Assembly: GCA_052327205.1 (NCBI GenBank)
Contig: CM126216.1
Coordinates: forward strand, 60,264,001-60,328,000
Origin: Somniosus microcephalus
Lineage: Eukaryota
Length of the DNA stretch: 64,000 nucleotides
Direction of reading: 5' to 3'
Under the pieces are notes generated by a model. The model ran no database searches, was not told the origin of the DNA, and saw only the letters and a program-made list of their open reading frames with translations. A program made the translations under genes and the position numbers. Below are positions 36,469 through 50,219 of this stretch, one piece after another; position 1 is the stretch's first letter; each line of letters begins with the position of its first letter.

Positions 36469-39028
36469 CATGTAGTGATATTGTAATTGTGAAGTTTTCA
36501 TGTGGTCAGTATTTCTATTGAAATTGTAAACGTGTTCTTTTTGGTATTGCTTGTTGACCATTTTTCAGCCAATCAAACGTGCAGTCTAGTCCAAATAGGG
36601 TGAGCTCTTTGGGTAACGTTTTTACAGATTAGAGCTCTCAGCACAGAGCTTTGTGCCATGAGAAAGCATACAGGGAATTTGGCCCTGTACAGTTTAATTA
36701 GCCAAGAGTACTAATTCATCAAATCTAGCCCTATGGTTCTAGATGGTCCAGGTGCTGAAGAAAAAACAAATCTGGCATTGAACCTAATCTTGTTAATAGC
36801 CTCAAATCACCTTCACTCTTACCAGTGTAGCACCACCACCACTGACTTAGCACACAGTTAGACGTGTTGTAAGCCTTACATGTGATATCTAAAGCATTGG
36901 TGAGAGTCCTGTTGCTTAAATTAAACAGGTTTATTGACAATTCAAGAGCATATGTGAAATCATTCTGTCTGTTCCCCCCTCCCCCATACATGTTTCCACT
37001 TCCTGAGTTCAAAGAGAGGTTATGATTTCTTAAACTAGCAACTAATATTAGATTGATCATATCCTACTGTTGGCCATGACATATCCTTTATATCCATGAT
37101 GAAGCAGGGACTGTTGGATGAGATCCAGCTTACTTTTATCAAAAATACTGTACATATATTCAAGCTTCTCTAATACAATTACAAGCTTGGCTATTGATTT
37201 TCCTTAGCATAAGCGACAGGTTGTATAAAACATGACCATAACCAGCAGTGCATTTTAGTAGATAGCTTATATCCTGCAGAAGAGCAATGCATGTACAAAT
37301 GAAAGTGCATTATTGTTTATTCTTGTCTCTGTCTCTTAACTCCAAAAGCTTTGGAAATCTACAGCTAATCCATGTTGGATTCAAATGTCATATTGTCTGG
37401 CATGTAATCAGATTTGATTGAATAATTATCAAATTGCCAAATATCAATTGGCGACTCAGCTTATACTTCCAATACTCACAGTAACACAGTTGCTAATTTT
37501 GAACTAATCTATAAATAACTTGGCCTTTAGTAGTGATCCATTTTTTTCATGCTGCATCACAGCGTGTGGCAACATTGTGCCCTTCGCAGGGCCAGTCTAT
37601 ATAAGTAAGACTTATAATACAGCACAGGGACCAGCTCACACCCAACCTCCTCCTCACCTGCGAGCCTTGGCAGACCTGCTGCCCCAAGTGTCTCTGGGCA
37701 TCATTACAAAGCTCACCAGTTCTCAGGTGATACTTGAGCCATGATTCAGGAGAGACTGTGGGTAGAAAGAAAAGGAAAATGCTTTGAAAAAAAATCCAAA
37801 ATGGAGTAGCTTTATAGTAGCTCTGTGAGAGTGGTCATCAATCAAGTTACTTCTCAGGATTGTGGCCCTCAACAAAAAGCTAGGCCTAATTCCAGAATCT
37901 CCCACTCCTGGGACCTGCACTCACTGGGGCTACATAGTCGAGTGAAGCTTCCCACTGGAAGGGATCAAGGAATTATTCCTAGTGAGTACGTCTTGTCTAT
38001 ACTATAGACTGAATAGTTACATTTGCATGAATCACAGTATTGCAAAAATAAGTTGCCTACCCATAAGTTTTGCTGCTCTGTTTCTAGAATGTACTAAACT
38101 TGGAAGCTTGGAAGGTATTTTTCCCCCTCCAACTAATGGCCCACCTTTAGCATTGTGTTTTACTGTATGTCAAAAAAGGGCAAGAATTAATGAGCAAAAC
38201 CTAAATGCTTTTTTTTTTTGTCCTCATTTGGAATACAGAGTTCAAAATAATTTGTAGTTTTGATTAACGCAGTGGCGCCGAACATAATTGAAAAGTGCTT
38301 AGTGGCTTTGGGTGATGAGCAGCAGAAAGCCTGACTGATGCGACTGAAAACAGGGTCCGGAGGGAAACATTATTCATTACCTAAAAGTCCTATATCCCTA
38401 CACAGATCACCGCACTTCAGTAATTCACATCTTTAAAAAAAAAATTGGTTATTTTAAAACCATTTGAAAAGAGGTGATGTACATACAAAAAAATCAAGAA
38501 TGAAAAATAACAGCGCCAAGGAAAGTAGTTTTAACTGCTCTCTCAGCTTTGCCTACTCTACTATTACCTGAATTGGGTCAGTGATACAGGGTCTAATACA
38601 TCTAGTTAAAAAGTGCGAATCCATTTGCAAGAGACGGTTGTGGCAGTGTGGAGCACATTCTTAGGAATCAATGTTCCAGATAATGTACTGAAAGGAATGG
38701 CTTCATTAATAATTAACAGCTTCAGGAGATTCTCGTCTGAATCCAAATTTGCCTCAGTTTTAATGAGTTTTTTTTGAAAGAAAAACAATGTTGACTGTGG
38801 GATAAAGTACACTTTTCATATTGAATATTTTAAATTTGACAACAGATGGTTTATAAAGGAATCTGCTGTAGGCTGAGTAGTTTATTACACAAGGGGGAAG
38901 TTGTATTGGAAAAAGAGGACCTTTATGGGTCAGAATAATTTTTATTTTGTCGTAAGCTACCATTTGCTGTAAGTCAGCCCATTTCCTTCTTAGGAAATTT
39001 TATGACTGCTATTTTATCCCTACCCTAG

Positions 39029-39210
39029 ACATCCTCTCCACTCTGAATTCAACAGCCTTCCTGGGTGACCAGGATGCGGTGATGAAGGCCATCCAGGAAG
39101 CTCGAAAAATGAGAGAACAGCTGCAACGAGAGCAGCAGTTGCAGCAGTCTGGGCTTGATGGGAAGATGTCGTCCATGAATAGCCTGGGAATTAACTGCAC
39201 GGGTAATAAG
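39029..39210 (+). CDS. SOX6: SOX6 internal coding exon, 182 nt, phase 1/0, second coiled-coil/Q-rich segment
   Basis: ccctAG acceptor, AAG|GTGAGT donor. G|AC completes Asp; encodes [61 protein letters not shown]. Confidence 0.95.
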
Positions 39211-39357
39211 GTGAGTGTTTGTAGTGACGCTCAGCAGGAAGGTCCCTACCAGCAGAAAAAAGTGCGAGTACTCTCTCGGCTGTTGTTTTATTGGCTTCTA
39301 GAGCAGGGATGAATATTCAACTTTGTTCCGTCTTTTAGCTCAGCCTCCAAAGTTAAC

Positions 39358-40057
39358 GGGGTAGAGTTTCTGCTTTGGGCGCAATCGGTGATCTGGGCGC
39401 AAATTGGGCTCAAAATTGCGCTGGTTTTCAGAAGTGAGTTTTTTTGGTCAGGTTTCCATTCAAAAACTCATTTGCATATCGCCGAACGTATAATCTTCCA
39501 TGAACCAGCGCAATCGGGCTGCGTTTCAGAACGTAATTTTTTAAAACTTTTTTTGCATTAAAAATATTCCTTGATATATCCAAGAGTGATAACCTGGTGC
39601 AGTTTTATTGATACAACTGAAAATGGATTAATCACAAAATAAATAATTTTTAATCACAAACAAACTATACAGACCCATTTACTAGTTTCATTGGTGTACT
39701 GTAGTCAGTTTTTTAGTAAATTAAGTATTTTTTTTATATTTGAAAGCTTTTAATTAGTGTCCATGCACCAAAAATAACCCTTAATTTTAAGAGCCTCGTC
39801 GAAAGCCCGCAAACGGGCGCAATTAGCGGAAACTCGCCAAGGTGATTAATTCAATCTGCTGCGCATGGCCAGTATTGTTGCCAGGGCCAGCTTCCAGCAC
39901 AATATTTTTTTTTAAACTAGCGCAAAAGAGCATGGAAACTCAAATTGCAAGGAATGTGATTTGCGCATGAAATTCCTCGATCTTTTGCGCTGGTTTGGCC
40001 GATTTTGGACGAATTGCGCTGAAAAAAAACAGCGCATCCTAGTGGAATCTCCAGGCT
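39358..40057. mobile_element. Non-autonomous Harbinger-type element with GC-AT-GC layout
   Basis: Ends GGGGTAGAGTTTC and GGAATCTCCAGGC; repeated GCGCAA motifs in both arms; AT-rich core. Confidence 0.6.
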
Positions 40058-40494
40058 AAGGTTTTTTGACTTCGGGTCTGCAGTCTGAAAACCAAGGCTT
40101 GTGTGCCAGTGGGGATGGGAGCCCCCAATGGGTACTTGGGGAACTCTCCATTACTTTACCAGACCACCAGGGAACACAATGAATTGTCATTCGCACATGA
40201 GACCACTAACTGGACAAAAGACTCAGGTTGCACCAAGGAACTAGATTTAGACCCCAGATTATCACTGGAGCATTGGACATAAACTAAATATCAAACTTAG
40301 TCAATAGAGTTGCATCCTTACAGTTTGTACCAATGATAGACAAGCACTTGATTTCCAATCTGCCACTACTTCTCCAAAGGATCAGAAGTTAATAATCATC
40401 AGTGATTGGGTATGAAAGCTAGAGCACCAACATTAGGTTAATGAACATATCTCAGTAAAGATTAATTCAGCACCCTCATACAATCAGACTCCAA

Positions 40495-40657
40495 GGGTGC
40501 GATTTTTAACTTGTAAAACTGGCATTGTGGGTCAGCTACCTGTTATACAAACATTCCGACTTTCATTTCCATTGATTTCAATCGAGCACTTTCGAGAACG
40601 AGCAGCTGATCCACAATGCCACATTTACACCCAGGTGGCAAGTTGAAGACCTAACCC
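40495..40657. mobile_element. Degenerate palindromic MITE
   Basis: GGCATTGTGGGTCAGCT...AGCTGATCCACAATGCC arms; TTTCCATTGATTTCAAT centre. Confidence 0.6.
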
Positions 40658-41899
40658 TGCAGTCAAGGCAATGTTTAAACAAAACTGTTCAAAAATTAAT
40701 AGAAATGGGCAGAACAAAGCAAAAGAATGTTAATGATAATCATAACTCTTTGATTTGTTTTCTCAGAGGGGTTGTTATGATAATCCCTCTTAATGACTTG
40801 CAGCTAATAACTTGTTCAAGGATAAATTGGTATAGACTTACCTGCACTTCAAAGAGTGAATGTTTCTTGTTAATATGCTTTTTAATTCTCAATGCTTTGT
40901 TGCTTACTGGGTCACACTATTAAGCACTATACAATTTAAGGTGAGTATAAATAAGTAAAGAACCTGCTCTTTAGTGTGAAATAAGTCTGTATTATGCTTT
41001 CTTTGAACTGGTTTTCATATCCAGGAAAGGAAAAATGAAATTTCCAACCCTAACTGATCCTTCTGTTTCAGTTGAGCAATTATTAGATAGGAAAGCATTT
41101 GTGAATAATTCTTCAATGGAGAGAGTTTGAGGCCAAGAGAAAAACTCCAGCCTAACCTTGAAGAGCATTTATTACACCCAATTACATGCTTACAGGAGAG
41201 TTATGGATTTCTTGGGAATCCTTCAGTTGACCCATCCATTGCCTTTCCCGCTACAGTGCATATTTAAAAAAAAAATTTGATTAGCGCTACAAAATGTTTC
41301 AGAAACTGATGGCTGAGATGAACCTGGTATGTTTATAAATAGCACTGGCTTTACCACAGAGGAAGCCTGTCTCTCCCAGGTATGTTCACTTAAATGAAGG
41401 TGTCCTCATTCATGTAGGGAAAGAATGGCCGAAAGACAACTCAGAATTTAGCATTGTACACAGGTATGAAAGCCTGGTTAATGAGCACATGTTCTGTAAT
41501 GCTCAGAACTGACTTTCCACTACTTCAGTTTCCATTACCAGAGTAAGTCAGAGGATGAAACCCAATAAAGCTCATCCTTTCGGTTGTCCCTTGAATCCCA
41601 GTAGAATGTGACTCATGTAAGCTCACTTTGTCTTCAGTTTCATTCCCGCAGGTAGAAAGCTCGCAGGAAAAGACTATTTATTTTGACATTTGATTTATGA
41701 TCTGTGAAGCATTTAATATTTTAATGGAATTTCCTGAGATGTAAATATATTCCTATTCAGAAATGGCCCGTATAAAATGAGCATTCTGACGAATTGAGAC
41801 AGTGCAGTTTAAAACAAGGTTTGGAAATGCATTCCTAAAGTATTGTGCAGTATGTTTCAAAAATGTTGCAGCGCATTTTAATACTGGAGTAGGAGACCT

Positions 41900-42435
41900 T
41901 AGGATAGAAATTGGTCCTAGATGCACCTGTTTTACAGGCATAAAACGAGTGCAAAAAAGATAAATTTGGGGTCACACCAAGGACGCCTGAAAACCGTCCG
42001 ACCTAGGCTATTGTTTTTGGCCCCTTAAATATGCTAATGAAGGGCCTCAGGCCTGCACAGCTCAGGTTTTCAGGACCCCATCGGAATGCAGCCTAGCCAG
42101 TGGCCTCCACCGAAAAAGTCCGCAAATTTTTAAAAATATTTTGGTGGGGCCAGGAGCAGGACTGCTACTCCCAACTCCACAGTACTTCCCCAGGCTGCTG
42201 CCAGTCACTATCATCCTCGTCCCACCACCCCCCCCCCCCCCTTCACCCAGGGACTTTTCTGAGGCATGACAGGAGTCGGCAGCTCGCTCTGAATATTTAG
42301 GTGAGGTCCAAGGACCAATTTATTGTAATCCTTGGACCTCCGTCTTTGGGCGCACGGATCTTTCCCTGCGGCCATTTACCACATTTAAAAACAGCCTAAA
42401 GGAATGTCTAGGCCCTTGAGCGGATTATTATCCCC
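41900..42435. mobile_element. Non-autonomous Harbinger-type element
   Basis: GGATAGAAATTGG end; GGCATAAAACG and GGGGCCAGGAG blocks shared with 16774-17186. Confidence 0.5.
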
Positions 42436-42504
42436 TGTAGCACCTTTTGCTTTAATCAGCTGAAAAGCCCTTCTTCTGGCTTATTTTAACAAAGTCACAA
42501 GATA

Positions 42505-42805
42505 ATTATGGATGGAGAAGGCCATTCAGCCCATCTTTATCCATCCATCCAGAAAGACACTAAAATTCTCCCACTGAGGTATCCAATCGATTCTTAAATT
42601 ATTCCAGGAATTTCCCCTCAACTACTCTATCCAGGAGTCCATTCCATGTATTGATCATTTTTTGTGTGAAGAAGAACTTCCTAATATCAGTCCTAAATTT
42701 GCCATTGACTAGTTTGAACCTGTGACCCCTTGTCGTGCTTTCGCAATTTAAATTAAAGAACGTTTCTGGATTTATCTTTTCCATATCATATTATACTACA
42801 TTATA
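42505..42805 (-). mobile_element. Old CR1 3' fragment
   Basis: ORF 42599-42784: TRGHRFKL...RKFFFTQKMINTWNGL. Confidence 0.85.
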
Positions 42806-43254
42806 TAACTTCTTCTGATCGCCATGTTGTAGAAAGAGTCATGAAAACAAATGAGCCAGTTAGCAGAACGCCATTCAAAAAATCATTGAATTCTTCAAAC
42901 GAGTAGTTAAAAAGTGATCTTGCATACTGTCCTTTTATTTTAATCCCTCCCAATTATTTTATCATTATCCCCTTTTTTTTTAAACTATACAAGCTAGGGA
43001 GCTTGTTATCCACTGCCGCCAACCCCCTACCCCCCAGCCCACACAGCAAGGAGGCATGTCTGGGGTGTTCCTGAGCTACCCCATGAATTCTGCCCTTTAC
43101 ATTCTTCTGAGGCCCAAATGAACTCGCATCAGCTGAGAACTGGAATCAATCCTATTAGAGCCCCTAGAAAGCACTAAAAGTTTCCGACAACTGTAAAAAA
43201 AGCCTTTAGGATGAATAAAGATGGGCTGAATGTCCTTCTCCATCCATAATTTCA

Positions 43255-43610
43255 CTTGCCAAACTCATGCAAATCCCTGTTTGAATCTCTGATCAGGTAG
43301 CTGCCCCTTCCACAACACTGAAACGGACCTAATCAAAATGATGAATGGAATTCTTTGTGAATGTGATTGTGGTGCATTGTCCCTCTTCATCTTTTTCGAC
43401 CTCTCTGCAGTCTTTGACCTTTGCAAGTCACTTCAGGAGTCCCCTAAGGATCCATCCTTGCCCCCCTCCTCTTCCTCATCTACATGCTGCCTCTTGGCAA
43501 CATCATCCGCAAACATGGGGGTCAGCTTTCACAAGCGCACTGATCACATTCATCTCTACCTCTCAGCCACCACCCCTCAACCCCTCCACTACATTTGTAC
43601 TGTCCGGCAT
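43255..43610 (+). mobile_element. Degenerate L2 RT fragment
   Basis: CDCGALSLFIFFDLSAVFD and a G(V)P(Q)GSILAPLLFLIYML-like segment; internally deleted. Confidence 0.7.
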
Positions 43611-44994
43611 CCAGTGTGTGTATCTTTCTGCTTTGTAACTCACAGGGTGCAATCCGAGCATAAATACTGCAATTGTGTTGGGTGCATATGTAAAATTCAA
43701 ATTCATTTAACAAATAGATAAGTCCATTTTCTAATAGCTCTGCTGAAATTTGCTTTTGTACATTACAGTGCTCTGAGAACAACTTAAATGGGTTCAAGAA
43801 CAGGTTAAAATAATCAATGGGGGATTCTTGGTAGAGATATTAATTATTGATTTTACTGAGAGTGGTGACATGAGGAGGGAGGGTGCAAACTCCTGGTTAC
43901 ACAATGCAAACATAAAGAAATCTACCTATCCCTACTAGAGCTCCAGCAATTAATTCAATGCAAGGTCTTATTAAGAGACACATAATCTAAATGATTGATT
44001 GAAAACTCAGTCAAATTAAATGTTTTTTTTCTCTGCGCAGTACTAATTGTCACTTTCACCATTGACATTTAACTCCTGTGCATATCATTTTGTAATGCCT
44101 TATTGTTCCATTCCCTGCCTTTGGACACAAGTGCTGGATCAGTGACAAAGTCAAAGCAATTCCGCTTACAGCAACATATCCTACTGGAGTCAAAGGTCAA
44201 TGGCAGAGTAGCTGAAACTGGTCATAGCCTCACTTGATCTATTCCCCCTCATTGCATTCACCTTAATGATCAGAGTTAGACAGAAACGCAATCAAATATG
44301 TATTTATTAATTTAAAATAAAGTGAATTGTGTGTAAATATTTCATATACCAGGAACATGCTGTTTTCCACAGTTCCTGTCAACAGGAATAAGCACATGAT
44401 GTTTGTTGAAAACCATCAACTTTCGTGACATTGTGTTGTGATGACGTGCTGAAATCTTCCTTCTGTGTAACTGTTTCCCTATTCTCTCATAAATCCACTT
44501 CACAGCTTATTCCTGGATCTTGCATGTGGGCTGAAGGAAGAACTTCCATTGCATACCTAATAATGAACCATGAAAGAACACTGTTTAGACATGTCTTATA
44601 TTGCATAATGTTAAACTGCACTGGGATTTTGAAGAGAGATGAGTAAGACCAGAATACTCTTAACCCTTCTTAGCCCAGTCCTGAAGAAGCTAAAGTTGGC
44701 ATCCATCAAAAACCCATGTGCTCATATGCATCAACAATTGGACCAGGCGTCCTTGATTTTTTCAGTTTGTTTCTTTGAGATTCCCTCTTGTAATTACATT
44801 ACACCCACTACATATGAAAGGAAGGGTGAGAAAACCCCATCAGGTCTATTAGTGCTCACCCTATCTGTTAGATAATGTAACCTCAGGCACTACACCCCCA
44901 ATTGCTATTAATGCTAACTCCTGAGGAGGAAGTCATCATTTGATGGCCAAGTTACTCCCCTCCTCCGATATATCGCAATGTTCTTAGGCACATA

Positions 44995-45545
44995 GGACTG
45001 TATGGGATTAGAAAAGACCATGTGTATTCAAGGTTACAAACTTCCTTCACCGCCTTATCTCTCATAATCTTCAGTAGCCGTGTCTGTCAAAGATTTATCG
45101 ATCTCCCTGTTGAAATTTATAACATCCTCTGCTTCCGCTGTCTCCGTGGTAGTCTATTCCACATACTCTCCACCCTCTGCATGAAGAAATGACATCTTAA
45201 CTCTGTATTCATTCACTTTTTATCATCTAAACTTGAATCCATTTCCCCTTGTCCTAAAGTTTGTATTAATATTGAACATCTCTGTGGGATTCAGTTTATC
45301 TATTCCCTTGAAGATGTTAAATACTTCAATAAGATCTCTTATAAGATGCCTTTTTTCCAATGTAAACATCCCTGGTACCTGTAGTCTTTCTTTGCAGCAC
45401 AAATGCTTTATTCCATTTCTCAACTTAGTTGCCCTTCTTTGAACTTCCTCTAAGACAACCCTATCTCTCCAGTGGTAAGTTGCCCAAAACTGAACACAAT
45501 ACTTAAGGTAGCGTTGACCAGTACTTCGCACAAACTAATTCTCAC
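44995..45545 (-). mobile_element. Old CR1 3' fragment
   Basis: YCVQFW...LEEVQRRATKL...TRGNGFK (ORF 45223-45531). Confidence 0.85.
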
Positions 45546-46369
45546 GAGCTGTACAACCTGTGACTGGTAGAGCCTATATTTGACAGGGGTGGTTTCTAAC
45601 ATGCAGAAGCACTGCTTTCCAGCAGGCAGTGTTCACTTGGGTGTAAAGGAGGCATGGCTGGTCCACTGGATTTTCTGAAATTGGCCTTAATTACATATCC
45701 ATACCAAATCTTTGGCTTGGATTAGGCTTCTTGCTAGGAGCTTGCATAGTTGCAGACTGCAATGACCGAACAAGTCTTTAAGTCCCACTTTTAGTGATTT
45801 TTTTAACAGACTGCTCTCTCTCAGTACCTAAAAAAGATCGATTGCGTATCCTTGCCGCGATTTAATTGCTTCTTTCTTGGTGATGCCTGATGTTCAACAG
45901 TGATGATTATTGCTGAAGATTGCACTGCAGGATTCAATTTAGCCATGTGGCTCCATGCACCAATCCTCAGTAGGAAGAATCAGGGAAACAGTAATGTTCA
46001 ATACATTTGTTTATGATTAGAAATTAAAGTAGTGGTTAGAGTCGCACACTATTCATAACTACTGGGATGCTGCAGAAAATTATAAATAGCATTCACTCAG
46101 CACAAACATATTCATCTGATTATATGCACAAAATGAATGAGGTTTTTATTCTGTTTAGTGTTTTGGGGATATTGGGGGATAGAAATTCCTCTGTGTGCTA
46201 TTTTTAACAACTTGGTTAACGTGTTTGGGTGAAATTCTTCTGTTCGCTATTTTATTAAACACACTAACTCATTTATTTTTTATTGGGTTAACTACTTCAT
46301 TAAAAGAGTGATCAAATAAATTACTATCCTAAGATCAAAAAAAAAGGGAAGAATTTTATTCTGTTTAAA

Positions 46370-46850
46370 ATTCAAGGGCTTAAATAGTCTAATGTCTGTT
46401 ATGAGCAAACTCTTAGAGAACATAATTCAAAGTTAAATGATTGAACATTTAGAATGTATAGGTTAATCACAGACAGCCAGCTTGGATTTGTTAAAAGCAA
46501 TAACAACAGAAAATGCTGGAAATACTCAGCAGGCCAGGCAGCATCCGTGGAGAGAGAAACAGAGTTAACGTTTCAGGTCTGGGACCCTTCATCAAGTTGT
46601 GTTTGTCAAATTTAATAAGTGTTTTTTGAAGAAGTGATCAATGTATAGATAAAGGGAGTAGATGTAATATATTTGGATTTTTAGAAGATGTTTGATAAAA
46701 TGTCTCACAAGAGACTTATTACAAAAATTCAGGCATACGGTATAAGAGGAAATGTAGCACCATGGATAGAAAGTTAGTTGATGGAAATAAAGAGGGTAAA
46801 TGGCCATTTCTCAGACAGAAGTAGGGTTGGAAGTAGTGTACCCCTGGGAT
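46370..46850 (+). mobile_element. Highly decayed CR1 RT fragment
   Basis: Relics of the SQHGF, YLDF..FDK..H and SVPLGS segments. Confidence 0.6.
46501..46592 (-). mobile_element. Second copy of the Penelope-type short repeat, inside an old CR1 fragment
   Basis: ACAGAAAATGCTGGAAATACTCAGCAGG...GTTAACGTTTCAGGTCTGGGACCCTTCATCA. Confidence 0.75.
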
Positions 46851-48861
46851 CTGCAGCTGTGGAAGAATAGAAACTGGGCCTGTAGCCAGCAGGTTCCTGC
46901 TCCTCCACTATCACCATCACCACATCCTCCTCCTCACTCCTGCTCTGCAATTCAACTCATGGGTCTGCCTCAAACTGCCTTTCCAGATCTGCTAGAGTGA
47001 TTGTACCTCTGCAGATGCTTGTGGCAGGTGGAGCGAGTGATACAGGGTGATTTGAGATACTAGCTTCTTCGGTTTCATGGAAAGCTTCAGCTGGTTCTTG
47101 TGGAAATGGGAACCTATAGAGATACAAGTGCAACATATGTTAAAAACCACTTCAAACATACTTGCTTCGAAACACACTGTTAGTCATGGTGTTGTGTTGA
47201 GTATATGCCAATGAGGATTGAGTAAAAATGGGAGAAAGAATAACAGGAAAAGAATGGTACTAACCTGAACTAGAGCTAGGCCTCCAACATCACCCTGCCC
47301 CACTCTCTCTATGCTCTCAGTCACTTTAACTTCCAGCATTGCCTCTTTGAAGAGGTTGAAGCATTTGAAATTATCGAGCCCTTCTCTTGTGCAGTTCGCA
47401 TCTTCCTGTTATGTTCTACCTTTTCCTGCAAGAAGAGAAGCAATGTTGAGATGTTAGAAGATTAACAACCACACAAGTGACACCCAAATGCCCATCCTGC
47501 ATCCCAACCTGTCTGTGAGTAGACAACCATGCAATATGTACCTAGATTCTGCTGGAAGATTGCTTGCTGAGTCTACCTTTACAGATGTAAGTGTGACAAT
47601 AGTTCCAGTTTAAGTTACAGCTAGAAAGTATACCGTACTACAGTATGGGAATACATGTTAAGCTATGAAAGAGTAGTAAGGTTATCTGAGCACTTTACTT
47701 GTGGCTGCGGCCAAGATGTAACAGGTTGAGGGAAAATACTTTATGGCATGCATATTTTGCCTAACTTCTTGGTATAGCGATACTTTGATAGATTTTCTCA
47801 AGCTGGCAAAATTCTTTCTCATCTGATCCAAGGTCCTCTAGGGTTTTGGACACAGCATTCACCCTTTATGCTACATCATCCCATACAGGCTAAATTGTTC
47901 TCCAATGGGGAGGGATGCTCTGGAGTGCTGAACAAGGCAGCCTTTTGTTTGCCCATTTCCAAGTTCCACAGCCGTACCCATGAAATGGATATTCCTAGCT
48001 GCTGCTGTTTTATAGGTTGAACATAGAAGATTTCCAGGATCAGTAGAATTTGTTATGGCCAAACACCCGACCCCTTTAAATGGCTACTGCAGACCCTTAA
48101 GAACTGCAGCAGTGCCAGCAATTCTTTCCCCCACCCACCCTAACTATGCAAGCTCCCAGCAAGAAGCCTAGTCCAGGCCAAAGGTTTGGTATGAATATGT
48201 AATTAAGGGCAATTCCAGAAGATCCAGTGGACCAGCTATGCATAGTGCGTGCATGTACAATGTTTGTTCACTATCTGGCTGAAAGAAAGCCGACATTCGG
48301 GTATCAACCCTTATATTTAATCCAATAAAGAGGTTATTGGGAATAGATTAACTATTAATCCTCAGGTCTCAAACGTTTGCGAAAAGCAGATTATTGATAA
48401 AAATACAGTTTCCAGATTATAGGGGCATGGTCCACTTACAGGAACTGCTGTTAATCCATTGAGAGGGAAAATGTTTCTATAAAACTCAAAATGGTAACAG
48501 ATGTACTTTAACCAGTACAGACTGTAGCATTTTTTTAAAAAGGCAATGAATGGTATTCGTCAACTTCAATTTTTCTGAGTTGTGCTTACATCGTAATTAG
48601 GTGGAAGAATAAATATAAACGGTTGTCTGGTTGTACTTTGTAGTTTGAAAAATGGTATTGATGTTTTAAAGCTGTAGTTGCCCCATAAATCAAGTGGCAA
48701 TGGTTTAAGGTTAATAATTAAAAGTCTGCCTCACCCAAAATGCCTTAAAATAAAATCTGTTCCAGAGCTAATCCTTTTTCCTCTGGGTGAGATTGAGCAG
48801 TCTATTATGTGCAGTATTTACAAGTAATGTGGATATTGGTGCTGGAAGTGTACACAGGAGT

Positions 48862-49271
48862 TGAAAAGAGAAGGCTGAGGGGTGACCTAATAGAGGACTT
48901 TAAAATTATGAAATGTTTTGATAGAGTAGACACAGAGAGAATGTTTCCACTTGTGGGGAAGAGCAAAACTAGAGGCCATCAATGTAAGATAGTGACCAAA
49001 AAATCAAATAGGGAATTCAGAAGAAACTTCTTTACCCAGAGAGTGGTGAGAATGTAAAACTCGCTACCACAGGGAGTGGTTGGGGTGAATAGTATAGATG
49101 CATTTAAGGGGTGGCTAGATAAGCATATGAGGGAGAAGGGAATAGAGGGTTATGCTGATAGTTCGATGAGGAACGACGAGAGGAGGCTCGAGTGGAGCAT
49201 AAACACTGGCCTGGACTGGTTCAGCCGAATGGCCTGTTTCTGTGCTGTGTATTCTACATAATTCTATGTAA
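48862..49271 (+). mobile_element. CR1 3' fragment
   Basis: EKRRLRGDLIE...TRGHQCK...RRNFFTQRVVRM; 3' UTR and ATTCTATGTA tail. Confidence 0.9.
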
Positions 49272-50075
49272 TAGAATCTGCACCGTCACTGGGAATAACA
49301 ATAGGATTTCTGTGATAAGAGTACAGTGGGTTCTTTAAGTTTATAAGGCACTATTATCAATTAACTTTACAGCAATGTTGGTTGCCAGTGAGTGTCATTG
49401 CAGATTCAGGTTAGAAGAATCATTGCAGAATGTTAACTTGAGTTTCATGATTAGAACTGTGACATTTGCAGTATAAAACCAACTTTCAGTAGATTTTCTA
49501 AATTTCTCTAACATTATGCATGAGAATTTTTAAATTTTAAATTCCTTTATTTTTTCTCACATACCTTGTGATCACAATGACTGCCAGTCATCTCCATAGA
49601 CACTACCATTGCTGCTCATTGTTGGACATTTAGTTAATGCTGAGATGATGTTTGACTCACTCCCATTGGGATACTTTTACTTCCATCCACCTTTGGTCAG
49701 TGCTGTGCCCATCAACATAGCTGAAATCATTAATTTACTGTATGAGGGGAGCAGAGGCCCAAATACAAATGCTAACTGAGGTAGAAATTCAAATTCACAT
49801 CTGCCAGCGCATAGCACTATGAGTTAATGCTTCACAAATCTGCCTTGAAATGGGAATTCCGATGAGTGTCCCACATGAACTGGATATGTGATTATAATAT
49901 ATTGCAATATGTGCTGGACCTGAAATTTCACAGTAATCAACTGCAGATTATTCCTTGATAAACCTTCAGTGATAATACTGTAAGTGTTAATCTCTTAGTC
50001 TGAAAATCATTGCACAGCAGTGACATGGAGCATGCTGATGGCTGACAACTGTGCTGATACCAGCATAAAAGCAGA

Positions 50076-50219
50076 GGGGGCAATTTTGACTTTGGGCAGT
50101 ATCAAAAAGACAGCCCGTTTCACATCGCTCCTGATGTAATGAAAATCGGTAGAGATGTATAACGGGCTACCGCTTCAATATCGCCCGTTTTACAATCGCT
50201 CACGGTCAAAATTACCCCC
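50076..50219. mobile_element. Harbinger-type MITE
   Basis: GGGGGCAATTTTGAC...GTCAAAATTACCCCC; a related right half appears at about 60295-60412. Confidence 0.75.
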
